A stretch of 64,000 nucleotides of DNA from an uncultured Chitinophagaceae bacterium (GTDB taxonomy: Bacteria > Bacteroidota > Ignavibacteria > UBA10030 > UBA8401), in the NCBI GenBank assembly GCA_964409765.1, contig CAYPEM010000003.1, positions 80,645-144,644 on the forward strand. The letters run 5' to 3'. Below are positions 1 through 8,966 of this stretch, one piece after another. How positions within the stretch are numbered: the stretch's first letter is position 1; every line of letters starts with the position of its first letter. The translations under genes and the position numbers were made by a program. The notes below the pieces were generated by a model. It saw only the letters and a program-made list of their open reading frames with translations, was not told the DNA's origin and made no database searches.

Positions 1-1
1 T

Positions 2-364
2 GGAAGCTATATTTGGCCAATGTTGTCGCCAAATAAATTGAATATCACTGCAGTTGAGATCGACAGAGGTGCATTCATTTCAGATATTACCGGTTCTGCG
101 GTTGTTAGACTCGGAAAATGTAATTCCCCACAATGGACTCGAGATGGGAAATGGATCATTGGCATGGATGACATTGATGATGGGAAATTTATTACCGGTT
201 CTGAAATCATCGCAGTTTCAGTTGACGGCAAAACTAGAATTAATTTAACGAATACTATCTCTCAGATTGAAATGTTTCCCAGCGTGTCACCGGTTGAGAA
301 TAAGATAATTGTGAGCACTGCTTCAGGAGAATTATTACTCCTGACGTATGAGGAGGGAAAATAA
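2..364 (+). CDS. C-terminal fragment of a beta-propeller (PD40/TolB-like) protein; 5' end lies outside the window
   Basis: The frame is open from the window edge, with no stop upstream of the first ATG at 20. Short beta-strand segments carry DGK motifs (RDGKWII, VSVDGKTRI), as in PD40/WD40-like blades. Stop at 362-364. Confidence 0.35.
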   Translation, partial: GSYIWPMLSPNKLNITAVEIDRGAFISDITGSAVVRLGKCNSPQWTRDGKWIIGMDDIDDGKFITGSEIIAVSVDGKTRINLTNTISQIEMFPSVSPVENKIIVSTASGELLLLTYEEGK

Positions 365-365
365 C

Positions 366-2276
366 ATGAAACGATCGTTTATTTTATTGTTCAGCATTCT
401 ATTAGTTTCGATTTCATTTGCGCAGCCACCGAATAATCTCAACGGATTAAAGATTTGTATCGATCCGGGGCATGGTGGTCATAGCAGTAATGACAGACCT
501 CCTGTCTTTGTTGATATTCCTTTTTGGGAATCTGATGGCAATTTTGCAAAAGCTCTATTATTGAAACCATTGCTTGAAAATCGCGGTGCAACAGTAATAC
601 TTACCCGGAATACAAATGAATATCCCAATGATAGTAATGAGCCATCGCTTTCAGCTCGTTACACCGTTGCTAATTCTAATAATGTTAATTGGTTCCATTC
701 AATACATAGTAACGCTTTGGGTGGTACCAATACTAGTACGAACTATTCTCTTGTATTAGTGAAAGAAGTAATTGCAACTCGTCAACCAGCTTTTCCTCAA
801 GCTGTTACAATGGCAAACGGTATTTATAACAATATCAGAGCAAAACTTAGAACAGGAGCTTGGGCTGGTAATATTTTACCTGGTGTCGCTTTGGATTATT
901 CATTCTATGGCGGAGCGAACGGCGGTTTCAATTTAGGCGTTCTCAATGGTCTTATCATGCCTGGCGAACTTTCCGAGGGTTCATTTCATGATAATTACAA
1001 TGAAGTGAGCCGTTTAATGAATAACGATTATCGTAAAACGGAAGCTTACGGTATTCTGAATGCCTTCGTTGAGTATTACAAAATTCCCTATGATACTCTC
1101 GGAATGATTATTGGAACACAGAAAAATGGAACAACTCCTCTGAATAATATTGTTGTACGATTACTTCCAAACAATAAGATATACAACGGTGACGCATATA
1201 ATAACGGATTTTTCCTTTTTGATTCCTTAGCGCCCGGAAATTATAAAGTGGTTTATGAAACTCCCGGATTTGCACAAGATACTGTCAACGTAATATTGAG
1301 TGCTGTTGGTAGGATTGCAACAACAATACCGGTGAATGACCAAACAAACATACCGAGAAATAGCACAGTTACTTTTAATTTCATTAAACAGATGGATACT
1401 GCATTTGTAAGAAGTGTATTTTCAATCACACCTACAGTATCTGGTACAATTTCCTGGAATGTTGGAAACACTGTAATGACTTTTACTCCGTCAACATTGT
1501 TGAATTACAAAACAACCTATGTCGTTTCACTTGCAGGACTTGGCAACACCCTTCAACCTACAATCTTTGTGGATAATAAAACAGTGACTTCAAATAATTC
1601 AGCAAAACCGTTATCCGTGTCGTTTGTTACCGTTTCGTTGCCTCCAAGCGTCACATTATCGCAGCCTCTTCAAAATGATACAAACTTTTCAATTTCTCAA
1701 AATGTGGGTATTCGATTTTCTGAATCAATGGATACGGCAAGTGTGCGTGCTGCTTTTCAAATAGTTCCGGCGACAACCGGAACTTTTACGTGGACTTCAA
1801 GCGGATTACAGAACAACACACTACTGTGGAAGCCCGTTTCGGGAGCACTTGCGTATAAGACAAACTATACCGTAACAATTGGATCAGGAGCAAAGTCAAT
1901 TTATGGCACCCAAATTGATGGTAATAAAGATTCTCTCGGTGGCGACCAATATGTTCTTCAATTCAGAACCCAAAGAGATCCTACATCAGTTGAAGAGGAT
2001 GCATCAAAACCTTTGGTGTACACTCTCAAACAGAATTACCCAAATCCATTTAATCCCTCAACGACAATAGATTTTTCGATTGGTGGAAATGGATTTGTTT
2101 CATTAAAAATATACGATGTTCTTGGGAGAGAAATTGCAGAACTGCTGAATGACAAATTGAATCAAGGTGAATATTCAATTCAATGGGATGCAAAAAATTA
2201 CTCTAGTGGAATTTATTTTTATAAATTATCAACTGAAAAATATACTTCGATCAAACGAATGATGTTGGTGAAATAA
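366..2276 (+). CDS. Secreted N-acetylmuramoyl-L-alanine amidase (Amidase_3) with Ig-like domains and a T9SS C-terminal sorting domain
   Basis: Start moved to ATG 366, giving the signal peptide MKRSFILLFSILLVSISFAQ with a GGAGG-like sequence just upstream. Amidase_3 motifs ICIDPGHGG and WFHSIHSNA. CarboxypepD_reg-like segment (LAPGNYKVVYETPGF). Two SbsA-type Ig-like repeats (FNFIKQMDTAFV / IRFSESMDTASV). C-terminus is NYPNPFNPSTTIDF...GIYFYKL. Confidence 0.8.
   Translation: MKRSFILLFSILLVSISFAQPPNNLNGLKICIDPGHGGHSSNDRPPVFVDIPFWESDGNFAKALLLKPLLENRGATVILTRNTNEYPNDSNEPSLSARYTVANSNNVNWFHSIHSNALGGTNTSTNYSLVLVKEVIATRQPAFPQAVTMANGIYNNIRAKLRTGAWAGNILPGVALDYSFYGGANGGFNLGVLNGLIMPGELSEGSFHDNYNEVSRLMNNDYRKTEAYGILNAFVEYYKIPYDTLGMIIGTQKNGTTPLNNIVVRLLPNNKIYNGDAYNNGFFLFDSLAPGNYKVVYETPGFAQDTVNVILSAVGRIATTIPVNDQTNIPRNSTVTFNFIKQMDTAFVRSVFSITPTVSGTISWNVGNTVMTFTPSTLLNYKTTYVVSLAGLGNTLQPTIFVDNKTVTSNNSAKPLSVSFVTVSLPPSVTLSQPLQNDTNFSISQNVGIRFSESMDTASVRAAFQIVPATTGTFTWTSSGLQNNTLLWKPVSGALAYKTNYTVTIGSGAKSIYGTQIDGNKDSLGGDQYVLQFRTQRDPTSVEEDASKPLVYTLKQNYPNPFNPSTTIDFSIGGNGFVSLKIYDVLGREIAELLNDKLNQGEYSIQWDAKNYSSGIYFYKLSTEKYTSIKRMMLVK
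2025..2273 (+). other. T9SS C-terminal sorting domain (Por_Secre_tail type) of the amidase
   Basis: LKQNYPNPFNPSTTIDFSI...LKIYDVLGREIAELL...YSSGIYFYKL...KRMMLVK. It is collinear with the C-termini of the CDSs ending at 43806 and 47534. Confidence 0.8.
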
Positions 2277-3016
2277 TGATTCGAGAGAAGATCGTTCAAT
2301 CTGGTTTTGCAAAAGAAAAAGGTTTTCGTTGGCGCGGAGATGGAGATATCTCCCGCATTGAAGGATTCAGCGACAATGTATTTGGATTTGCACTTACGCT
2401 GCTTGTTGTTTCACTTGAGGCACCCAAAACTTTCTTTGATTTGCAGAATATGATGAATGGTTTTGTCGGATTTGCCTTTGCCTTTGCGTTATTCTTTATC
2501 TTTTGGTATGAGCACTATAAGTATTTCCGTCGTTTTGGTTTGGAAGGGAATACGATCTTGTGGCTGAATGCAGCACTACTTTTTATGATCCTTTTCTTTG
2601 TGTACCCGCTCAAATTTCTTATAAATCTCTTAGTTAAACAATTCAGCGGAATATCCACAAAAATTCTTCTTGCTGATGGTTCTTTAGTCCCAGTAATTCA
2701 GAACGATCAATGGGTAACATTGATGATTTCGTACGGTTTAGGATTTGTCATCATCTACGGAATTTTCACTGCGATGTACGTTTACGCTTATTCAAAACGG
2801 AAAGAGCTTGAATTGAACGAAGTTGAAATTATTATTACTAAAGGAAGTATTAGGGGGCACATCGCAAATTGTCTAATTGGTTTTGTTTCAATTTCGATTG
2901 TATTCTTCGGCGGTCCCCAATTTGCAGCTCTATCAGGATTTACGTATTGCACAATTGGTCCTATTCAAGGAATGTTGGGATATATGAATGGTAGAAAAAT
3001 TACAGCGATTACATAA
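2276..3016 (+). CDS. TMEM175/DUF1211-family putative K+ channel
   Basis: Polytopic membrane protein. TM1 carries RIEGFSDNVFGFALTLLV, the RxxxFSD signature of the TMEM175/DUF1211 family. The ATG overlaps the upstream stop (TAATG). Confidence 0.7.
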   Translation: MIREKIVQSGFAKEKGFRWRGDGDISRIEGFSDNVFGFALTLLVVSLEAPKTFFDLQNMMNGFVGFAFAFALFFIFWYEHYKYFRRFGLEGNTILWLNAALLFMILFFVYPLKFLINLLVKQFSGISTKILLADGSLVPVIQNDQWVTLMISYGLGFVIIYGIFTAMYVYAYSKRKELELNEVEIIITKGSIRGHIANCLIGFVSISIVFFGGPQFAALSGFTYCTIGPIQGMLGYMNGRKITAIT

Positions 3017-3085
3017 TCTTCTTTTTGTTCAAACGAACAGTTTCTCACTGTTAATTCACTCCTATTTTTTGTATTTTTAATATAC

Positions 3086-3158
3086 GTTCTCGTAGTTCAA
3101 GTGGATAGAACCGGAGTTTCCTAAACTTCTAATCGCAGTTCGAGTCTGCGCGAGAACA
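3086..3158 (+). tRNA. tRNA-Arg (anticodon CCU)
   Basis: Manual cloverleaf, 73 nt, no encoded CCA. Acceptor GTTCTCG/CGAGAAC. D-stem GTTC/GAAC. Anticodon stem GGAGT/ACTTC with loop TTCCTAA (anticodon CCT). Variable TAAT. T-arm CGCAG-TTCGAGT-CTGCG. Discriminator A. Confidence 0.93.
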
Positions 3159-3172
3159 CACAAACTATTGTC

Positions 3173-3197
3173 ATTCCCGCGTGTCTTTAGCGGGAAT
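3173..3197 (+). terminator. Hairpin downstream of tRNA-Arg (possible weak terminator or processing signal)
   Basis: Perfect 8-bp stem ATTCCCGC/GCGGGAAT with a 9-nt loop, followed by CTATTT (interrupted T tract). Confidence 0.35.
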
Positions 3198-3229
3198 CTA
3201 TTTAACTACATTTAACAATAATAATATCA

Positions 3230-4924
3230 ATGCGTCTATCTCAAGGTTTTTTCCCAACAGTAAAAGAAGTTCCCTCCGATGCTGTTATTGCCAGTCATCA
3301 ATTAATGATCCGAGCCGGATTGATGCGTCAACTGGCAGCCGGAATATTTTCATTCCTGCCGATCGGTTATTCGGTGATGAAAAAAGTAATGAATGTCATC
3401 AGAGAAGAGATGGATGCCATTGGCGGTCAGGAATTTCATCTCCCCGCATTGAATCCAATTGAATTATGGGAAGAAACTGACCGCGTAAAAGCATTCGGCG
3501 ATATCATGTTTCACATCAAAAATCGTGCGATGGTGTTGGCACCAACCCATGAAGAAGTAATGACGAACATTGCAAAAAATCATGTGAAGTCACACAACCA
3601 AATGCCGCAGATATGGTATCAAATCCAGACAAAATTCAGAAATGAGCCAAGACCAAAATCCGGTGTCTTGCGCGGAAGGCAATTCACAATGAAAGATTCT
3701 TACAGCATGGATTCTTCGTGGGAAGGATTGGATAAAAGTTACGATCTTCATGCAGAGGCATATAAAAAAATCTATTCCCGTTGCGGACTGAACTTCTACA
3801 TTGTTGGTGCTTCGAGCGGTGCAATGGGCGGAAGTGGTTCCCAGGAATTTATGGTGGAATCCAATGCCGGTGAAGATAATCTTGCCGTATGTCAGGAAAG
3901 CGGATATGCAGCAAATGTTGAGATCGCTTCATCGATTGTTCCGAAAGCAGATCGAACAACAGAAAGTAAACCGCTTCAGGAAGTTCACACCCCTAATTGC
4001 AAATCGATCGATGAAGTAGCTGCATTTTTAAAATTACCGACTACCCAATGTGCTAAATCATTGATTTTCATGAATGATAATCTGCCAATCCTTGTGTTAA
4101 TGCTTGGGAATGATCAACTGAATGAATCAAAATTGCAATCAGTATTTGGTCAGGATATTCGTCCGGCACATCCCGAGGAATTATTGAAATTCACTGGTGC
4201 GGACGCAGGTTCTATTGGTCCGGTAGGATTAAAAGACTTCACGATTGTAGCCGATAAACGACTTGAAAATGCAAATGGACTTGTCTGCGGTGCAAATAAA
4301 AATGATTATCATTTGCTTAATCTTGATGTGCAAAGAGATGCTCAAATAAAATCATATCATGATTTTCGATCAGTTGAGGAAGGAGAACTTTCTCCCGATG
4401 GAAAGGGAAAACTTCGAATCATCAAAGGCATTGAAGTTGGTCACATTTTCAAATTAGGGACGAAATATTCCGTTGCAATGAAAGCCAATTTCCTTGACAA
4501 AGAGGGAAAAGAAAATCCGATCATTATGGGTAGTTATGGAATCGGAGTTGAACGGATTATTGCTTGTCATATCGAACAACATCATGATGAATTTGGTATT
4601 AAATGGCAGAAATCAATTGCTCCATATGATGTCCATTTGATTTGTGTTAACATGAACTCGGAATCCGTTGTAGCTAAATCAGAAGAGATCTACTCACTAC
4701 TTCAAAAGAATGGCATATCAGTTCTGTTTGATGACAGGACAGATGCAAGTCCGGGATTCAAGTTTAAGGATGCTGATCTGTTGGGAATGCCGTTACAGGT
4801 GATTGTTGGCGAAAAAAATCTGAAAAATGGTCAGATTGAAATTAAAGAACGAAATAACGGAGAACGAAGAACAGCTTCAGTCGATACAATCATTGAAGAA
4901 GTTATTAAGTTTGTAAAAGCATAA
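3230..4924 (+). CDS. proS: Proline--tRNA ligase (bacterial type with editing insertion)
   Basis: N-terminus MRLSQGFFPTVKEVPSDAVIASHQLMIRAGLMRQLAAGIFSFLP is typical ProRS. Class II core motifs (FRNEPRPKSGVLRGRQFTMKD, GSYGIGVERI). The 564-aa length fits the INS-containing bacterial form. Confidence 0.95.
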   Translation: MRLSQGFFPTVKEVPSDAVIASHQLMIRAGLMRQLAAGIFSFLPIGYSVMKKVMNVIREEMDAIGGQEFHLPALNPIELWEETDRVKAFGDIMFHIKNRAMVLAPTHEEVMTNIAKNHVKSHNQMPQIWYQIQTKFRNEPRPKSGVLRGRQFTMKDSYSMDSSWEGLDKSYDLHAEAYKKIYSRCGLNFYIVGASSGAMGGSGSQEFMVESNAGEDNLAVCQESGYAANVEIASSIVPKADRTTESKPLQEVHTPNCKSIDEVAAFLKLPTTQCAKSLIFMNDNLPILVLMLGNDQLNESKLQSVFGQDIRPAHPEELLKFTGADAGSIGPVGLKDFTIVADKRLENANGLVCGANKNDYHLLNLDVQRDAQIKSYHDFRSVEEGELSPDGKGKLRIIKGIEVGHIFKLGTKYSVAMKANFLDKEGKENPIIMGSYGIGVERIIACHIEQHHDEFGIKWQKSIAPYDVHLICVNMNSESVVAKSEEIYSLLQKNGISVLFDDRTDASPGFKFKDADLLGMPLQVIVGEKNLKNGQIEIKERNNGERRTASVDTIIEEVIKFVKA

Positions 4925-4977
4925 AATGATCTTTTCAATATTGTAATCCTGCAATTTTGTAATCTTAAATTCTAAGA

Positions 4978-7900
4978 ATGTCTCAATACATACACCTTCA
5001 TAATCACACTCACTATTCTCTGTTGGACGGCGCGGCAACAGTTGAAACACTGTTAAAAGCGGCGGCAGATAACAATATGCCTGCGGTTGCGCTGACCGAT
5101 CACGGTGTGATGTTTGGCGCAATTGAATTTTACAAAAAAGCTAAAAAGAAAAACATCAAGCCGATCATCGGCTGCGAAGTGTACATTCTTACGAAAGGAA
5201 GTCGGTTTACAAAATCAAAGGAGAAGGATGACGGAAACGATCTTCTTGTTTCAGATGGAAAAACAAAGAAAAAACGAGATTACCATCACCTGATTCTTTT
5301 ATGCAAGGACATTGTCGGTTATAAAAACCTGATAAAACTTGTGACGCTCGGGCATACGGAAGGATATTACTACAAACCACGTATCGATTTTGAACTTCTA
5401 TCGAAACATCACGAAGGACTTGTATGTCTTTCGGCTTGTGCCGGCGGGGTTGTTGCAAATCCGTTGATCAGTGGTGATTACGAAGAAGCAAAAGAGATCG
5501 CGAAGATGTATAAAGGTCTTTTTGGCGACGATTTCTATTTGGAGCTACAGGATCATGGAATTCCTGCTGAAAAAATTGTGCTTCGTGATATGCCGAAAAT
5601 TGCAAAAGAATTGGATATCAAACTCGTTGCAACGAATGACAGCCATTATGTAAAACGCGAACATGCCATTGCACATAATATTATGCTTCTCATTCCTGAA
5701 GCAAGTGCCAATGATGCTCCTGATATTACCAATCTTCGTTATGGCACCGACCAAATCTATTTCAAATCTGAAAAAGAGATGGTTGAATTATTCAAAGATT
5801 TTCCAGATGCAATTGCAAATACTCTTGAGATAACCGAGAAATGTAATTTGAAACTGGATTTAGGCAAGAATCAAATGCCTAAATTTCCAATCCCTGCTGA
5901 TGCGGGTGTCACGACGCTTGAAGAATATTTAGAAAAAATTGCATGGGATGGACTTCGAAAACGTTACAAAGAAATTACTCCCGTTATCGATGCGAGAATG
6001 CGACATGAGATTGGTGTTATCAACCGAATGGGATATGCCGGTTATTTTTTGATCGTAGCTGATTTCATCAAAGCGGCAAGAGATCGTGGAGTAATGGTTG
6101 GTCCAGGGCGTGGAAGTGCTGCTGGAAGTATCGTTGCGTTTGCAACTCAGATAACGAATGTAGATCCGCTTAAATATGATCTTCTTTTCGAACGGTTCTT
6201 GAACCCTGACCGTATCTCAATGCCTGATATCGACGTCGATTTTTCCGATTGGAAACGCGATATCGTTATTAAATACGTTCGGGAAAAATATGGTGAAGAG
6301 AATGTTGCCCAGATCATCACCTTTGGAACTCTTTCTTCAAAAGCAGTATTAAAAGACGTTGCACGTGTTTTGGGAATTCCTCTTTCACTTGTAGAAGGTA
6401 TTACGAAACAGATTCCAACAATGCTTGGGAAGGTAATGCCAATTCAAGAAGCGTTGGACACACTTCCGGATTTGAAACCGTACAAAGACAGTGCCGACCC
6501 AAAAATTCAACAAATGTTTGAAGTGGCAAAAGTACTTGAAGGGATGAATCGTAATGCAGGAATGCATGCGGCCGGAATTGTGATATCACCGGAACCATTG
6601 AGTAATTTGGTTCCAATGTATAGAACTCCATCAACTGAGTTGATGACCCAATTTACAATGAAAGATCTTGAAGAAGCCGGGCTTCTCAAAATGGACTTTC
6701 TTGGATTGCGCACATTGACTGTTATAGAAAATGCTCTTGAACATATCAAAAAGAATCATGGGATTGAGATCAATATTGATGAATTACCTGAAGATGATCC
6801 AAAGACTTTTGAATTGTTTGGCAAAGGGCAGACTGTTGCAGTATTCCAATTTGAAAGTTCTGGAATGCAGGATTGGCTTCGCAAGTTAAAACCAAACTCC
6901 ATCAGTGATCTTACAGCAATGAATGCGTTGTATCGTCCCGGTCCGATGGAAAATATCGGCGACTTTATAAAACGTAAACATGGTCTAGCAAAGATAGAAT
7001 ATCTGCATCCCAAACTTGAAGAGACGCTTCGTGAAACATACGGTGTTATAGTTTACCAAGAGCAAGTAATGCGTATTGCTTCTGATGTTGGTGGTTTCAC
7101 ACTTGCCAAAGCTGATTTAATGCGCCGCGCAATGGGGAAAAAAGACAAAAAGATCATGGAAGATCTTAAAGCAGAGTTTATTGAAGGTGCCCAGAGTGCG
7201 AATAAGCTTACTGCAAAACTAGCGGGAGAGATCTTTGACTTGATCGAAAAGTTTGCGAGTTATGGATTTAATAAATCGCACTCGGTTGCCTATTCCATTG
7301 TCGCATTTCAAACCGCCTTTCTAAAAGCCCATTATCCGGCAGAATATATGGCGGCAACACTCACCTCTGAAATAAGTAATACCGATAAGATCGTTCTTTT
7401 TATTGATGATTGCCGTAAAACAGGAATTGAAGTATTGCCGCCGGATGTGAATGAGAGTGAACGTGATTTCACGGTGACAAAAGGGGGAATCCGATTCGGA
7501 CTTGCTGCTATTAAGAATGTCGGCTCCAATGCTGTTGATGCGATTGTTCGAGCGCGAATTGAAAAAGGGAAATTCGTCTCGCTGTATGATTTTTGTATGA
7601 AAGTCGATCTGCATATTTGTACAAAAAAAACCATTGAAGGCTTGGTCCTTGCCGGTGCGTTTGATGGAATAACAAAAAATCGCGCACAACTATATAAATC
7701 AGTTGAACAAATGGTGCAATCTGCTGCCGGAGCACAGGTGCAGCAAGAACGTGGACAAGATAGCTTATTTGGAGGCGATCCGCAGGCAGCGGTAAAAGTT
7801 AATCTTGAACCGCAACTTCCCAATATACCGATGTGGAAGGATGCGGAAAAATTAGCTAAAGAGAAAGAAGTGCTTGGTTTTTATGTTTCCGGGCATCCGT

Positions 7901-8469
7901 TATTGAAGTACGAAAAAGAGATCAATGCTTTTGCAACTGTTCATCTGGGTGATGTAGAAGGGATGAAGAGTGGAACGGTAAAAGCAGGCGGGATCATCTC
8001 CAGCATTAAAAAGAAGATTGATAAAAAAGGAAATACGATGGCGTTTATCACCATCGAAGACTTTACGGGAAAAGCTGAATGCGTGATCTTCTCAAGCGTA
8101 TATAAGAAGAATGTTGAATTGCTTGAAGAAGAGAAAATGATTCTAGTGCAGGGAAAAGGGGAAGTAAGCGGTGATATCATCAAAATTATTGTGGATGAAA
8201 TTTTACCTATGGATGCAGTGCGGGAAAAATATGCAAAAAAAATATTTTTCTTGCTCAATGCGGATGAAGTTACCGATATTACGCTGTCGAGTCTTCGCGA
8301 ATTGATGGAAAAGAACAAAGGGAACTGCAATTGTTACTTTAATGTTGTAGGAAGAGAATTCGAAAAACAGCAAATATTTTTATCACGAAAGTATAACATT
8401 AACCCCACAACTGAATTTGTAGAAAGCGTGCAGGAATTACTTGGTAACCACGCTATAAAACTTTCATAA
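4978..8469 (+). CDS. dnaE: DNA polymerase III subunit alpha
   Basis: PHP domain start (YIHLHNHTHYSLLDGA). Polymerase core (GPGRGSAAGSIVAFATQITNVDPL, MPDIDVDF, KMDFLGLRTLT, FNKSHSVAYS). OB-fold tail. 1163 aa. Confidence 0.97.
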   Translation: MSQYIHLHNHTHYSLLDGAATVETLLKAAADNNMPAVALTDHGVMFGAIEFYKKAKKKNIKPIIGCEVYILTKGSRFTKSKEKDDGNDLLVSDGKTKKKRDYHHLILLCKDIVGYKNLIKLVTLGHTEGYYYKPRIDFELLSKHHEGLVCLSACAGGVVANPLISGDYEEAKEIAKMYKGLFGDDFYLELQDHGIPAEKIVLRDMPKIAKELDIKLVATNDSHYVKREHAIAHNIMLLIPEASANDAPDITNLRYGTDQIYFKSEKEMVELFKDFPDAIANTLEITEKCNLKLDLGKNQMPKFPIPADAGVTTLEEYLEKIAWDGLRKRYKEITPVIDARMRHEIGVINRMGYAGYFLIVADFIKAARDRGVMVGPGRGSAAGSIVAFATQITNVDPLKYDLLFERFLNPDRISMPDIDVDFSDWKRDIVIKYVREKYGEENVAQIITFGTLSSKAVLKDVARVLGIPLSLVEGITKQIPTMLGKVMPIQEALDTLPDLKPYKDSADPKIQQMFEVAKVLEGMNRNAGMHAAGIVISPEPLSNLVPMYRTPSTELMTQFTMKDLEEAGLLKMDFLGLRTLTVIENALEHIKKNHGIEINIDELPEDDPKTFELFGKGQTVAVFQFESSGMQDWLRKLKPNSISDLTAMNALYRPGPMENIGDFIKRKHGLAKIEYLHPKLEETLRETYGVIVYQEQVMRIASDVGGFTLAKADLMRRAMGKKDKKIMEDLKAEFIEGAQSANKLTAKLAGEIFDLIEKFASYGFNKSHSVAYSIVAFQTAFLKAHYPAEYMAATLTSEISNTDKIVLFIDDCRKTGIEVLPPDVNESERDFTVTKGGIRFGLAAIKNVGSNAVDAIVRARIEKGKFVSLYDFCMKVDLHICTKKTIEGLVLAGAFDGITKNRAQLYKSVEQMVQSAAGAQVQQERGQDSLFGGDPQAAVKVNLEPQLPNIPMWKDAEKLAKEKEVLGFYVSGHPLLKYEKEINAFATVHLGDVEGMKSGTVKAGGIISSIKKKIDKKGNTMAFITIEDFTGKAECVIFSSVYKKNVELLEEEKMILVQGKGEVSGDIIKIIVDEILPMDAVREKYAKKIFFLLNADEVTDITLSSLRELMEKNKGNCNCYFNVVGREFEKQQIFLSRKYNINPTTEFVESVQELLGNHAIKLS

Positions 8470-8517
8470 ATAACAACGATTTGACAGTGATGTCATACTC
8501 AAATTAAAGGAGCAACA

Positions 8518-8841
8518 ATGAAACCAGTAGAAGTAACTGATGGAAATTTTAAGAATGAAGTATTGGACTCTCAAACCCCTGTTCTGGTCGATTTTTGGGC
8601 TACATGGTGTGGACCGTGTAAAATGATAGCACCAATCATTGAAGAACTTGCTGGCGAATATGATGGGAAAATGAAATTTGGTAAACTCGATGTCGATTCA
8701 AATCCTCAAGTATCAATGCAGTTTGGCATCCGAAGTATTCCTACAATGCTTGTTTTTAAGGGTGGAAAAGTGGTCGATCAGATAGTTGGAGCGATGCCAA
8801 AGAAGAGTTTAATTGAAAAGATCAGTCATCATCTGAACTAA
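8518..8841 (+). CDS. trxA: Thioredoxin
   Basis: 107 aa. Active site WATWCGPCKMIAP and conserved SIPTMLVFKGG. Confidence 0.95.
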   Translation: MKPVEVTDGNFKNEVLDSQTPVLVDFWATWCGPCKMIAPIIEELAGEYDGKMKFGKLDVDSNPQVSMQFGIRSIPTMLVFKGGKVVDQIVGAMPKKSLIEKISHHLN

Positions 8842-8870
8842 GTAAAAGTAAAATGACCAAATACTTGCAA

Positions 8871-8901
8871 AAAAATCCCGTAAAAATCGGGATTTTTTTT
8901 T
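8871..8901 (+). terminator. Rho-independent terminator after trxA
   Basis: AAAAATCCCG-taaaaat-CGGGATTTTTTTTT: the stem is flanked by an A tract and a long T tract. Confidence 0.8.
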
Positions 8902-8966
8902 ATTGTAATGAAATATTTTAGTTTAATACATTATGGAATATCTAAGAAAATTCGTATTTTTCAGTC

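Noticed and set aside
3198-3229. T-box or other riboswitch leaders upstream of the aminoacyl-tRNA synthetase genes proS, aspS (15506-15618) and leuS (51093-51140)
   Set aside because: The available leaders are about 30-110 nt, far shorter than a T-box (about 200 nt or more), and I found no specifier-loop or T-box consensus sequence. Only the aspS hairpin was kept as a finding.
7332-7823. 163-aa minus-strand ORF (with several others between 5207 and 8330) inside dnaE
   Set aside because: Entirely antisense to a confidently identified, full-length dnaE. The composition is Cys/Ser/Arg-rich and low-complexity with no recognisable motifs. Typical shadow ORF.
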